Shown here one piece after another: positions 17,980 through 29,829 of a stretch of DNA of 64,000 nt (the stretch's first letter is position 1; every line of letters starts with the position of its first letter). The translations under genes were made by a program, and so were the position numbers. The stretch comes from an uncultured Acidimicrobiaceae bacterium (GTDB lineage Bacteria > Actinomycetota > Acidimicrobiia > Acidimicrobiales > Bog-793): assembly GCA_963831155.1 (NCBI GenBank), contig CAWHOY010000006.1, forward strand, positions 842,987-906,986. The letters are read 5' to 3'. The notes under the pieces are model-generated. The model worked only from the letters and a program-made list of their open reading frames with translations. It did not search any database and was not told where the DNA came from.

Positions 17980-19926
17980 ATGAACGTTTTCCAGGGCCGG
18001 AAGCGGTGGCTCTGGCGCGCGGGAGCGGGCGCGATCTCGGTGGCGATGGTTGCCACTCTGGGACTCGCGAACGTTGCCTCGGCGTCGAAGAGCCACGCCG
18101 CAAAGCCGCACGCGATCGTCGGTGGGGTTGTGAAGTGGGCGGAGGCGCCGAGCGCCGTCCCGAACTTCATCTTCCCCTTCACGCCGCCGGCGTACTTCTC
18201 GGCGACGAACGGCGCGCTGATCGACGTGATGTGGCGTCCGCTGTATTGGCCGGGCTCCAACACTGACGTGGACATCGTTCCGTCGCTGTCGCTCGCCACG
18301 TTGCCGGTGTACAGCGGCAAGACGGTGACGTTCCACATGACGGGCTACAAGTGGTCCGACGGTGAGACGGTCACCGCGCAGGACTTCGTGTTCTGGATGA
18401 ACATGATGAAACTCGAGTACACGGACTACGGAGGCTGGTTCCCGGGTGCCATTCCGGCGACCATCTCCTCGATCACGACACCGAACGCCAACACCGTCGT
18501 GATCACGCTCAACAAGCACGTGAACTCGCAGTGGTTCACGTACAACAACCTCACGATCGTCACGCCGCTGCCGATGGCCTGGGACGTGACGGCACACGGC
18601 CAGAAGGCGGGCTCGCAGTCGTGCGGGACCTCGTCCTTCGCCTCGGTCGGCGTGAAAATGGTGAAGGGCGTCCCGACGGCGACGAACGCGGTCGCCAAAA
18701 ACTGCGTGGCGGTTTTCGACTTCTTGGAGAGCCAGGCCGGCTACGACCCGCTCAACCCGAAGAAGGCGAACAACTCCTACGCGACGTACGCGACGAACCC
18801 GCTCTGGCAGGTCGTCGACGGCCCGTTCCACTTGGCAGCGTTCAACTCGACCGGTTACGTCGCACTGAAGCCGAACCCGTCGTACTCGGGTCCGGTGAAG
18901 GCGAAGATCGCCGAGTTCGAAGAGCTGCCGTTCACCTCGGACACCTCCGAGTACAACGCGCTCGTCGGCAACAAGCTGAACATTGGCTACATCCCGGCAC
19001 AGGACCTGACGGCGGACGCGAAGAGCCCGACCGTTGCCGGTGCGAACGCGTCGCGTGTCGCGGGCAGCTTCAACCTGACCCCGTGGGTGCTGTTCGGGTT
19101 CAACTACTTCCCGATGAACTTCAACTCCGTCGGTGACGGCGGTCTTGCGGGCAAGATCTTCAGCCAGCTGTACTTCCGGCAGGCCGTGCAGTACATGATG
19201 GACCAGCCGCTGTACCTGAAGAAGCTGTACAAGGGCTACGGCGTACCGACCTATGGTCCAGTGCCGCTGCTGCCGAAGAACCCCTACTCGGACGCGACCG
19301 AGCTTTCGAACCCGTACTCGTACAACCCATCGAAGGCGACGGCGCTTCTGACCGCAAACGGCTGGAAGGTCGTTCCCAATGGGACCGACACCTGCGTCGA
19401 CGCCTCGAAGTGTGGCGTCCCGGCGGGGACTCCGCTCAGCTTCTCGATGATCTACGCGACGGGCGTGGCGTCCTTCGAAGAGCAGATCGCGGCGTTCACC
19501 GAGGCGCTCAAGTCGGTCGGGATCGACGTCACGGCGACCGGTGAGACCTTCGACACCGTCCTCGGCACCGCCTTCCCACCCTGCTCGGGTACCACCTGCA
19601 CCTGGGAGTGGGCAGACTGGGGCGGTGGCTGGGTCTACTACCCGGACTACATCCCGACCGGTGAGGAGCTCTTCTTGCCGACCGCGGGTTCGAATGCCGG
19701 CTCGGTGAACATCACGAAGCTGAACCAGCTGATCAGCGGAACCGACTACGGGAACACCTCGATCCAAAGCTACGAGAACTACGTGGCGAAGATCCTGCCC
19801 GTCGTCTACCAGCCGAACGCGGACTACGCGTTGACCGAGTCATCGAAGAATCTGCAGGGCGTCGCGACGTTCCAGAACGCCTTCGGCCTCTACAACCCGG
19901 AGTACCTCTACTACACGTCGAAGTAG
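17980..19926 (+). CDS. ABC transporter substrate-binding protein, family 5 (peptide type), copy 2
   Basis: ATG 17980. The signal peptide is nearly identical to copy 1 (MNVFQGRKRWLWRAGAGAISVAMVATLGLANVASA|SKS). It is collinear with copy 1 over the full length, with high identity by eye. Confidence 0.9.
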   Translation: MNVFQGRKRWLWRAGAGAISVAMVATLGLANVASASKSHAAKPHAIVGGVVKWAEAPSAVPNFIFPFTPPAYFSATNGALIDVMWRPLYWPGSNTDVDIVPSLSLATLPVYSGKTVTFHMTGYKWSDGETVTAQDFVFWMNMMKLEYTDYGGWFPGAIPATISSITTPNANTVVITLNKHVNSQWFTYNNLTIVTPLPMAWDVTAHGQKAGSQSCGTSSFASVGVKMVKGVPTATNAVAKNCVAVFDFLESQAGYDPLNPKKANNSYATYATNPLWQVVDGPFHLAAFNSTGYVALKPNPSYSGPVKAKIAEFEELPFTSDTSEYNALVGNKLNIGYIPAQDLTADAKSPTVAGANASRVAGSFNLTPWVLFGFNYFPMNFNSVGDGGLAGKIFSQLYFRQAVQYMMDQPLYLKKLYKGYGVPTYGPVPLLPKNPYSDATELSNPYSYNPSKATALLTANGWKVVPNGTDTCVDASKCGVPAGTPLSFSMIYATGVASFEEQIAAFTEALKSVGIDVTATGETFDTVLGTAFPPCSGTTCTWEWADWGGGWVYYPDYIPTGEELFLPTAGSNAGSVNITKLNQLISGTDYGNTSIQSYENYVAKILPVVYQPNADYALTESSKNLQGVATFQNAFGLYNPEYLYYTSK

Positions 19927-19946
19927 AGGCGACGAAAAAGTGACAA

Positions 19947-19977
19947 GGATCGGCCGGCCCTCCGGGCCGGCCGATCC
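19947..19977 (+). terminator. 14-bp perfect GC-rich stem-loop after SBP copy 2
   Basis: GGATCGGCCGGCCC-tcc-GGGCCGGCCGATCC, 21 nt after the stop codon. There is no U-tract. It is probably an intra-operon attenuator or stabiliser between the SBP and permease genes. Confidence 0.55.
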
Positions 19978-20149
19978 GTAGCCCGACAAGCTGGTCGACA
20001 AGTTGTCCCTATCTTCTGAATGCCCAGGTCGGACGGATCGACCGACCAGAGGCGCAGGAGCGCTTGGCCGAGCTGCCCGGCGGGTGCGAAAATGGGCGTG
20101 GACAGGCGCTGGGGACGCAGGAGTTGCAGATGACTGAGGTTGGCAACCC

Positions 20150-21100
20150 GTGACCGGCTACATCATTCGGCGCATCGGTCAGGCGCTGATCGTCATCTTG
20201 GGTGTGACGCTGCTCGTCTTCCTGCTCACCCACGTGATCCCCGGCGGTGAGGCCCGCGCCGCGCTCGGCGCACGGGCGACGCCGCAGGCGATCAAGCAGT
20301 TTAACGACGCGAACTGGTTCAACCGGCCGTTCTACGAGCAGTACTGGCACTACCTGTCTGGCCTCGTCACCTCGTTCAACCTCGGCTATTCGTACAAGTA
20401 CAACCAGTCGGTGAATGCGCTCATCCAGGAGCGCCTACCGAAGACACTCGTCCTCGTCGGCATCTCGACGGCGTTCGCCCTGATCGTCGCCGTGCCCCTC
20501 GGGGTCCTCCAGGTCGTCCGCCGCAACCGACCCGTCGACTACGCCCTCACCGGCGCTTCGTTCATCGGCTACTCGATGCCCGGCTTCCTCGCCGGCCAGC
20601 TGTTGATCCTCTACTTCGCGATCAACCTCCACTGGTTCTCGGTCGAAGCCCCCCAGGGCGCGACGGTCGGCGCGATCCTGGCCGATCCCCGCGGGCTCGT
20701 GCTGCCGATCCTCACGCTTTCGGCGTTGACGATCGCCGCGTTCAGCCGCTATATGCGCTCTTCGATGATGGAGGCGATGACCCAGGACTACATCCGAACG
20801 GCGCGGGCAAAGGGCGCCAGCTCGGCTCGGATCCTCTTCCGTCACGCGCTGCGTAACGCGTTGATACCGATCGTCACCCTTATCGGTCTGTCGCTGCCGG
20901 GGATCGTCGGGGGTGCGCTAATCACCGAGACGGTCTTCAACTTCCCAGGGATGGGGTTGCTCACGACGCAGGCGGCGCTCCAGACCGACGTGCCCGTCCT
21001 GCTCGGCACGACGCTCGTCGCGACGCTCGCCACCGTCGTCGGTTCGTTGATCGCCGACGTCCTGTACGCGGTCATCGACCCCCGCGTCCGTTACGCATAG
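20150..21100 (+). CDS. ABC transporter permease, OppB/DppB type
   Basis: 316 aa. MTGYIIRRIGQALIVILGVTLLVF and QDYIRTARAKGAS are typical of peptide ABC permease subunit 1. Confidence 0.9.
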   Translation: MTGYIIRRIGQALIVILGVTLLVFLLTHVIPGGEARAALGARATPQAIKQFNDANWFNRPFYEQYWHYLSGLVTSFNLGYSYKYNQSVNALIQERLPKTLVLVGISTAFALIVAVPLGVLQVVRRNRPVDYALTGASFIGYSMPGFLAGQLLILYFAINLHWFSVEAPQGATVGAILADPRGLVLPILTLSALTIAAFSRYMRSSMMEAMTQDYIRTARAKGASSARILFRHALRNALIPIVTLIGLSLPGIVGGALITETVFNFPGMGLLTTQAALQTDVPVLLGTTLVATLATVVGSLIADVLYAVIDPRVRYA

Positions 21101-21130
21101 GAGCGCGATGAGGAAAGGAGGCGAGTCCAG

Positions 21131-22096
21131 ATGACCGTCGGACTTCCGCTCGGAGAAGTTGAAGTTGTTGAAGAGGCCGACCTCGCGCTGGTACCGACGA
21201 CCGGCGGCCAGGCATCCGGCGGCGAGGTCCTCTCTTCCGGCGGGATCGCCCGCCAGTTCTGGCTCGTCTTCTCGGAGAACAAACTCGCCCTCATCGGAGT
21301 CGTCGTCATCGTCTTTTTCGTCCTTTTCTGCTTCTTGGGACCCGTCTTCTACTCGACGAACCAAACGAACGCGCAGACCGCGCTTTTGTATTCGACCCAA
21401 AACTCTGCGCCATCGGCGGCACACCTGTTGGGCACCGACCCGTCCGGGTTCGACATGTTGGGCCGCGTGATGTACGGCGGACAGACCTCGCTTGAGGTCG
21501 GCTTCGCCGCTGCGGCCATCGCGACGGCGCTCGGCGTCGTTTGGGGTGCCGTCTCGGGCTTCTTCGGTGGCTGGATCGACGCCTTGATGATGCGCATCGT
21601 CGACGTGCTGCTGTCGGTGCCGATTCTTTTCCTTCTCATCGTGCTCGCCGTCATCTTCCATCCGTCGCTGCCCTTGCTCATATTGGTGATCGGCTTCGTC
21701 GCATGGCTCGTGCCCGCCCGATTAGTTCGTGGAGAAACGCTCTCTTTGCGTGTGCGCGAGTACGTCCAGGCGGTTCGAGTGATGGGTGGCACCGGAAAAC
21801 GCATCGTCTTCCGTCATATCATCCCGAACACGATCGGCACTATCGCCGTCAACGCGACTTTCCAGGTCGCCGACGCGATTTTGTACCTCGCGGCACTCGG
21901 CTTCATCGGGCTGGGCGTTCCGCTTCCCGGGACCGACTGGGGATCGATGCTCGCACAGGGCGTGAACTACGCCTTGAACGGCTACTGGTGGCAGATCTAC
22001 CCGACAGGCATCGCGATCGTCTTGGTCGTCGTGGCGTTCAACTTCATCGGCGACGCGATGCGCGACGCCTTTGAGGTGCGGCTGCAGCGTCGATGA
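21131..22096 (+). CDS. ABC transporter permease, OppC/DppC type
   Basis: 321 aa. LLGTDPSGFDMLGRVMYGGQTSL and REYVQAVRVMGG are typical of peptide ABC permease subunit 2. Confidence 0.9.
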   Translation: MTVGLPLGEVEVVEEADLALVPTTGGQASGGEVLSSGGIARQFWLVFSENKLALIGVVVIVFFVLFCFLGPVFYSTNQTNAQTALLYSTQNSAPSAAHLLGTDPSGFDMLGRVMYGGQTSLEVGFAAAAIATALGVVWGAVSGFFGGWIDALMMRIVDVLLSVPILFLLIVLAVIFHPSLPLLILVIGFVAWLVPARLVRGETLSLRVREYVQAVRVMGGTGKRIVFRHIIPNTIGTIAVNATFQVADAILYLAALGFIGLGVPLPGTDWGSMLAQGVNYALNGYWWQIYPTGIAIVLVVVAFNFIGDAMRDAFEVRLQRR

Positions 22097-22124
22097 TCCC
22101 GGCGTCGCCGGGGCGGGGAATGCC

Positions 22125-24347
22125 CTAATTCGACGCCGACGTGCGCGATGCCGGCGCGAAGTCTCCTTCGAGCGGTGTCTGCAAGGGGAAGTGACAGGCC
22201 GCGAGGTGGGTTTCGCCGAACAGGCGTAGCGGTGGTTCCACTTCGGCGCAGATGTCCTGGGCGAACGGGCAGCGCGTACGGAACCGGCAGCCACTTGGCG
22301 GATTGAGCGCCGAGGGCAACTCACCCCGGACAACCTTATGGCGCATCTGCTTCGCGACGATCGGGTCGGGGATCGGGATCGCGTCGATCAGAGCCTGGGT
22401 GTAAGGGTGGGCGGTCTTCAGATAAACGTCGTTCGCCGGACCGATCTCGACCAACTTTCCCAAGTACATGACCCCGATCGTGTCGGAGAGGTACTTCACC
22501 ACCGCGAGGTCGTGGCTGATGACGATGTAGGTGAGGTCGTGGCGCGTCTGCAGGTCGCGCATCAAGTTCAGGATCTGGGACTGGATCGAGACGTCGAGTG
22601 CCGAGACCGGCTCGTCGGCGACGATCAGCTGCGGGTTGAGCGCCAGCGCCCGGGCGAGCCCGATGCGCTGGCGCTGACCGCCGGAGAATTCGTGCGGGTA
22701 GAGATCCGCCGAGCGGGGCGACAGACCGACCTCGGTGAGCAGCTCGACGACGCGCCGATCCTGCTCCTCGTGCGTGCCGATCCTTTGGACGACGAGCGGC
22801 TCGCGGATGATCGATCTCACGCGCATGCGGGGGTCGAGCGACGCATAGGGGTCCTGGAACATCATCTGCAGGTTCTTCCGCTCCGCGCGCAGCGCGCGAC
22901 CGCGCAGTTTCGTCACGTTCGTCTTCTCGTAGAACACCGCACCCGACGTCGGCTTCTCGAGCGCGACGACGAGCCGGCCGATCGTCGTCTTACCGCAGCC
23001 GGACTCGCCGACGAGGCCGAAGGTCTCGCCGCGACGCACTTGGAATGAGACATCCGACACCGCATGGATCGTGCCGACCTTGCGTTGGATCACGGCTCCC
23101 GAGGTCACCGCGTAGTTCTTCACGAGCTCGCGAACATCGAGCGCGACGTCGCGCTCGCGCTGGAGGCTCGCGACGTGCTCGGCTTCTTTTCTCACCGCGC
23201 CCGCCTCGATGGTCGTGCCTTCGTCGGAGACCTTGATGCCGCGGGCCGCCAGCCGTTCCTCGCGCGTTGCCGTTACTGGGTGGAAGCAGGCGTAGAGGTG
23301 GTCGTCCAAGTTCGTCGTGTCCGGCGGCGCGTCGTCGCCGCTCGGGACGGTCACGACCTGTGCGAGCGCTTCCTCGCCGTTCACCGGCGCCAGGGGCGGT
23401 TCCTCGGCGCGGCAGATGTCTGTCGCGTAGCGACAGCGTGGCGCGAACCGGCAGTTCGTGATCTGCTGGGAGAGGTCGGGAGGCAATCCTGCGATCGAGT
23501 AGAGCTTGGCCGCGCGGTCCTGTTCGAGGTGCGGGATCGACTCGAACAGTGCCTCGGAGTAAGGGTGGCGCATCGAGCCGAAGAGGTTCTCGGTCGAGGA
23601 CGATTCGACGATCTTGCCCGCGTACATCACCATCGTCCGGTCGGTGCGAGAGGCGATCACGCCGAGGTCGTGGGTGATGAGGATCACCCCCATGCCCAAC
23701 CGCTCGCGCAGATCGTCGATCAGGTCGAGGATCTGGGCCTGGATCGTGACGTCGAGCGCCGTCGTCGGTTCGTCGGCGATCAGAAGCTTCGGGTCGCAGG
23801 CGAGGGCCATGGCGATCATCACCCGCTGGCGCAGCCCCCCGGAGAGCTGGTGCGCGTAGGAGTTGAGGCGCTCCTCGGGCCGTGGCATGCCGACGAGTCG
23901 GAGCACCTCGAGGGCGCGCTCGTACGCGTCTTTCTTCGAGACGTCGCGGTGCAACAGCACGACTTCGGCGATCTGGCGGCCGATCTTCCACGTCGGATTG
24001 AGCGACGTCATCGGGTCCTGGAAGATCATCGCGACCTCGTTGCCGCGGATCTTCGTCATCTGCTTCTCGCTGAAGTCGGCGATGTCGCGACCGTTGAGGA
24101 CGATCGTTCCCTTCGTCACGTGCCCAACGGCGGGCAGCAGCTTCATCAGTGACAGCCCCGCCGTCGTCTTGCCGCAACCGGACTCGCCGACGAGCCCGAC
24201 GCACTCGCCCTGGTCGACGTGGAACGAGACGCCGTCGACCGCCTTCACGTTCGACGTGCGCAGGTGGAATTCGGTGTGGAGGTCCTCTACTTTGAGTACG
24301 GCCGTCCCCGGTGCGGTCTCGGTCGCCGGCGATGTCATCAGCCCCAC
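22125..24347 (-). CDS. fused double ABC ATP-binding protein (OppD-like plus OppF-like halves)
   Basis: 740 aa with two full NBDs: [29 protein letters not shown] and [29 protein letters not shown]. Each is followed by an Opp-type Cys motif. It is convergent with the permease genes (28 bp between the stops). Confidence 0.9.
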   Translation of the reverse strand: MGLMTSPATETAPGTAVLKVEDLHTEFHLRTSNVKAVDGVSFHVDQGECVGLVGESGCGKTTAGLSLMKLLPAVGHVTKGTIVLNGRDIADFSEKQMTKIRGNEVAMIFQDPMTSLNPTWKIGRQIAEVVLLHRDVSKKDAYERALEVLRLVGMPRPEERLNSYAHQLSGGLRQRVMIAMALACDPKLLIADEPTTALDVTIQAQILDLIDDLRERLGMGVILITHDLGVIASRTDRTMVMYAGKIVESSSTENLFGSMRHPYSEALFESIPHLEQDRAAKLYSIAGLPPDLSQQITNCRFAPRCRYATDICRAEEPPLAPVNGEEALAQVVTVPSGDDAPPDTTNLDDHLYACFHPVTATREERLAARGIKVSDEGTTIEAGAVRKEAEHVASLQRERDVALDVRELVKNYAVTSGAVIQRKVGTIHAVSDVSFQVRRGETFGLVGESGCGKTTIGRLVVALEKPTSGAVFYEKTNVTKLRGRALRAERKNLQMMFQDPYASLDPRMRVRSIIREPLVVQRIGTHEEQDRRVVELLTEVGLSPRSADLYPHEFSGGQRQRIGLARALALNPQLIVADEPVSALDVSIQSQILNLMRDLQTRHDLTYIVISHDLAVVKYLSDTIGVMYLGKLVEIGPANDVYLKTAHPYTQALIDAIPIPDPIVAKQMRHKVVRGELPSALNPPSGCRFRTRCPFAQDICAEVEPPLRLFGETHLAACHFPLQTPLEGDFAPASRTSASN

Positions 24348-24533
24348 TCCTTTTCACGGCCGCGCCCTTGCTTGCGCGCGGTCGCGGCGCGGGCCGGGGA
24401 TTCGGCCCGGATCTGCCGCCGCGCAACCGACTCCGGATGCGGCGGCGCCGGGCCATCGTACCTGGTCAGGCGGCATCCGCCCAAGCGGATTGCGCCGTCT
24501 CGGCGCGAATCGACCAGGTAGCGTGACCCGTCG

Positions 24534-25331
24534 ATGATCCGCGTCGGCGTCCTCGGTGCACTCGGCAAGATGGGCACGACGGTGTGCGACGCCGTCGACG
24601 CGACCGAGGACCTCGTGCTCGTCTGCGCGGTCGACAACAAGGCCGAGGGCGTCCATCGTCGCGGCCGATCGGGATTGATGGTGACGGGCGAAATCACAGC
24701 CCTTTCCGAGGCGAAGACCGAGGTGGCGGTCGATTTCACGGCCGCACACGCCGCGGTCGAGAACCTGCTGTGGTGCGCGGAACACGGGATCCACGCCGTC
24801 TGCGGGACAACTGGGATCGACGCGGCAGCGATGTCGAGGCTTGCCGACGCCTTTGCGCCCCCGGAGCGGCCGAACGCGATCATGGCGCCGAACTTCTCGG
24901 TCTCAGCAGTCGCGATGATGCGTCTCGCCGAGATCGCGGCGCCGTTGTTCGACGCCGTCGAGATCATCGAGCTGCACCATGGCCGAAAGCTCGATGCGCC
25001 CTCTGGGACCTCGATCGAGACTGCACGGCGCATCGCCCGCGCCCGCGCCGGATCGCTCGCCGGTCCGTTCGCGCCCGATCCGACGACGACCCTCGCGCTC
25101 GAGGGCGCCCGAGGCGGGGCCGGCGAAGCGAAGATCCCGATCCACGCCGTCCGGCTTCCCGGGCTCGTCGCACACCAGGAGGTGATTTTCGGCGGCGAAG
25201 GCCAGACACTGATCATCCGCCAGGACACCTACGACCGGTCCTCGTTCATGCCAGGCGTGCTGTTAGCGGTCCGCAAGATCACCACGACGCCGGGTTTCAC
25301 CGTCGGACTCGACGAGCTGCTCGACTTTTAG
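24534..25331 (+). CDS. dapB: 4-hydroxy-tetrahydrodipicolinate reductase
   Basis: MIRVGVLGALGKMG NAD(P)-binding N-terminus, EIIELHHGRKLDAPSGTS catalytic motif, 265 aa. Confidence 0.9.
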   Translation: MIRVGVLGALGKMGTTVCDAVDATEDLVLVCAVDNKAEGVHRRGRSGLMVTGEITALSEAKTEVAVDFTAAHAAVENLLWCAEHGIHAVCGTTGIDAAAMSRLADAFAPPERPNAIMAPNFSVSAVAMMRLAEIAAPLFDAVEIIELHHGRKLDAPSGTSIETARRIARARAGSLAGPFAPDPTTTLALEGARGGAGEAKIPIHAVRLPGLVAHQEVIFGGEGQTLIIRQDTYDRSSFMPGVLLAVRKITTTPGFTVGLDELLDF

Positions 25332-25457
25332 CGATCCAGCTTCGACGACGGCGACATTCTTTTGCCGCGCGATCCTGTGCGCATCGATGCGACCGGGGGC
25401 GCAGCGCAACTGATGCCGGCGGGAGGTTGACATGAGTGAAGTCATCGGGCGACGTCG

Positions 25458-26077
25458 GTGCGATTTCTGGTCTTTTCGGCGTCGCTTCGCACGGGCTTGC
25501 TGAACGGTCAACTGGCCCGGCTGGCTGCCGATTGCATCGAGGCCAACGGCGGTGAGGTCGACCGCGCGTCGATGTCCGACTTCGACGCTCCCTCATACAA
25601 CGCTGATGTCCAACTCGAAGGGACGTGGCCGCCAGGATCAGAGGAGTTCCGCCGACGCCTCGTCGGCTGCGATGCCTTCGTCATTTCGTCACCCGAATAC
25701 AACGCGTCGATGCCGGGAGCGCTCAAGAACGCCATTGATTGGGTCTCGCGATTCAGCCCGCAGCCGTTCAACGAGCTCCATGGCATTCTTCTGTCTCCGT
25801 CGATGGCGGCGGCAACCGTGGCCTGTGGGCACTTCGGGTGCCTTTTGAGCATCTCGGGGCGCGCATATTCCCCGACACGTTCTCCTTGGCGCAGGCGCAC
25901 CGAGCCTTCGACGACTCGGGGCGGATCGCCGACGCCGAGCTCTTTCGCCGCTTCGACTCGACGGTGATCAACTTCATGAATCTCGTGGAGGCCTCCAAGC
26001 ATTATCCGTGCGCGAAGAAGGCCTGGGTCGAGTATTTCGGCGAGCACCCCGAACCGGCGCTCGATTGGGTCGAATGA
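25458..26077 (+). pseudogene. NAD(P)H-dependent FMN reductase family gene, apparently frameshifted near 25785-25805
   Basis: The N-terminal part (MRFLVFSASLRTGLLNG...FVISSPEYNASMPGALKNAIDWVS) is in the frame of ORF 25458. The matching C-terminal part (GGNRGLWALRVPFEHLGARIFPDTFSLAQAHRAFDDSGRI...) is in the frame of ORF 25739..26077. After the junction the first frame becomes Ser/Arg/Pro-rich nonsense. Confidence 0.7.
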
Positions 26078-26292
26078 GGTTTGCAACCCATTTATGTCGT
26101 CGAAGACGGCGCTCTCTGATGCTGGGTCACGGCGGTCATCTCGCTCCGTATGCTGAAGTGGTTCGCACGATCTCCTAGTCCCGAACGTCGACTCGAAGCA
26201 GCTGTTTGTCGGGTTCTCGCGCGCCGTGATTACGGAGACGATCAGGAGACGAATGCGAGCATCGCCGCGCGACGTTCGGACGTCGTGCACGA

Positions 26293-28197
<1,905 letters not shown>

Positions 28198-28222
28198 GCC
28201 CTAAGCGGAGCGAGGGCGGTGC

Positions 28223-29598
28223 TCAGGACCCCGCGTCTGCCGGGCGAACGAAGCGGTTTGCGTCGTAGCGCCAGAACGCCGGCAGCGTCACCGCCGCCAC
28301 GCCGACGCCGAGGACACACAGGATCCCGCCCGAGGCGATCGAGGCACGCACGCTCGCCAGCGAGGCGACGATGCCGGACTCGAGGTCGCCGAGCAACGGT
28401 CCCGTCGAGTACGAGATCTGCTCGATGCCGCCAAGCCGCCCGCGCAGCCCGTCAGGGATCGTCTCGTACCAGATCCGGCCGCGGAAGATCGCGCTGAGCT
28501 CGTCGAACAGTCCCGCCACGGCGAGAGCCACCAGCGCGACGCAAGGTCGGGTGCGAACGCGAGCACGACGATGCCGAGCCCCCAGCCGATGGCGGCGAGG
28601 CACACCGCCGCCCCGTGGCGGTAGACGCGGATCGTCCAGCCGCCGAACAACGACGAAACGAGCGCGCCGAGCGACGGCGCGGCGTAAAGGAACCCGAGCG
28701 CCCGCGCGCCGCCGAGGTGCGTGGCGAGCGCCGGCATCAGCGCGAGCGGCATGCCGAAGAACATCGCGACGAAATCGACGCCGTAGGTGCCGAGTAGTTC
28801 GGGGCGGCGGCGCGCATAGCGCAGGCCCTCGAGGACGCGGCGCACGCTCGGGGGCTCCGCGTCGGAAGGCGGCGGGGTGGCGCGCATCGCGGACAACAGC
28901 GCGAGCGAAAAGGCGAATGTGCCGAGGTCGAATCCGTACGCGGCGGGTAACCCGACGCCGGCGATCAGCACACCTCCGATCGCCGGCCCGGCGATCGCCG
29001 CGGCGTTGGAACGGATCGAATTCAGCACGGACGCCTGCGCGATCTCGTCGCGATCGACGAGCCGCGGCGTCAGCGCGTCGAGCGGTGGACGCTGCAAACC
29101 CTCGAGACCGGCCATCAGCGCGCCGATCACAAAGAGCAGCCACAGCATCGGATGCGCAAACGTCGCGTTGACGAGGAGCAGCGTCGAACAGATGGCGAAC
29201 GCCGCTTCGGTCAGGCGGACGAGCAAGCGTCGGTCGACCGCGTCGGCGAGCGCACCACCGAACAACGCCATCGCGACGAGCGGCACGAGCTGTACAGCGC
29301 TCACCGCACCGACGATGAAAGACGAATGACTGATCGCGTAGGCCTGGTAGGGGATCGCGACGAAGGTCACCATCGAGCCGAAACCGGTGATCGTCTGCGC
29401 GGCGTACAACAGCCGGTACTCGCGATGACGCCGTAGTGGGCCGATGCCGACGAGCGCGCCCCTGAGGCGTGTTGCGGCCGACGCGTCGGCGATCGGTGGC
29501 GCCGGTGTCAGGCGCTCTGGTTCGTGTCGGTCGTCGTCGGTCATTGCTCGGGTTCGTCGATCGGCGGGGCACTCGCGCCTTGGACGCGCGCGTAGCAA
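28223..29598 (-). pseudogene. MFS transporter (EntS/MFS_3-like), apparently frameshifted near 28535-28550
   Basis: ORF 28288..29598 reads as an MFS (EYRLLYAAQTITGFGSMVTFVAIPYQAY...). It turns into Arg/Ser-rich nonsense after ...GIVVLAFAPDLA. The hydrophobic C-terminus (VALVALAVAGLFDELSAIFRGRIWYETIPDGLRGRLGGIEQISYSTGPLLGDL...) continues in the frame of ORF 28223..29572. Confidence 0.7.
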
Positions 29599-29829
29599 CG
29601 GTGATTTCGTGGGCCCCGGGCGACCACGCTACGCGGCGGCAGCGAGCTCGAAGCCCTGATGGCGGCCGCGGCGAGCGGCGGCGTCCGTCCTTGCGAGTCG
29701 AGAGTCCCGGGACCTACGGCCCTCTTGAGCAGGACATTCGCCCCTTCTCCCAACCGCGTTTGGACGGCACGCTGGCGGGAACGTACGCGTCGACCAGACC
29801 GGTCGGAGCGTTGACAGAGGGAGCATCGA

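Noticed and set aside
15537-19767. Long minus-strand ORFs (15537..17738, 733 aa; 17956..19767, 603 aa) opposite the two SBP genes
   Set aside because: These are shadow frames of strongly supported plus-strand genes. They resemble each other only because the SBP genes are duplicated. Their composition is Arg/Val/Asp-rich and not protein-like.
22990-24456. Same-strand alternative-frame ORFs inside the fused ATPase (22990..24456), sufS (45665..46942) and the GGDEF-EAL upstream region (34771..36198)
   Set aside because: The translations are Arg/Pro/Gly-rich nonsense overlapping genes whose other frame carries Walker, PLP or GGDEF motifs.
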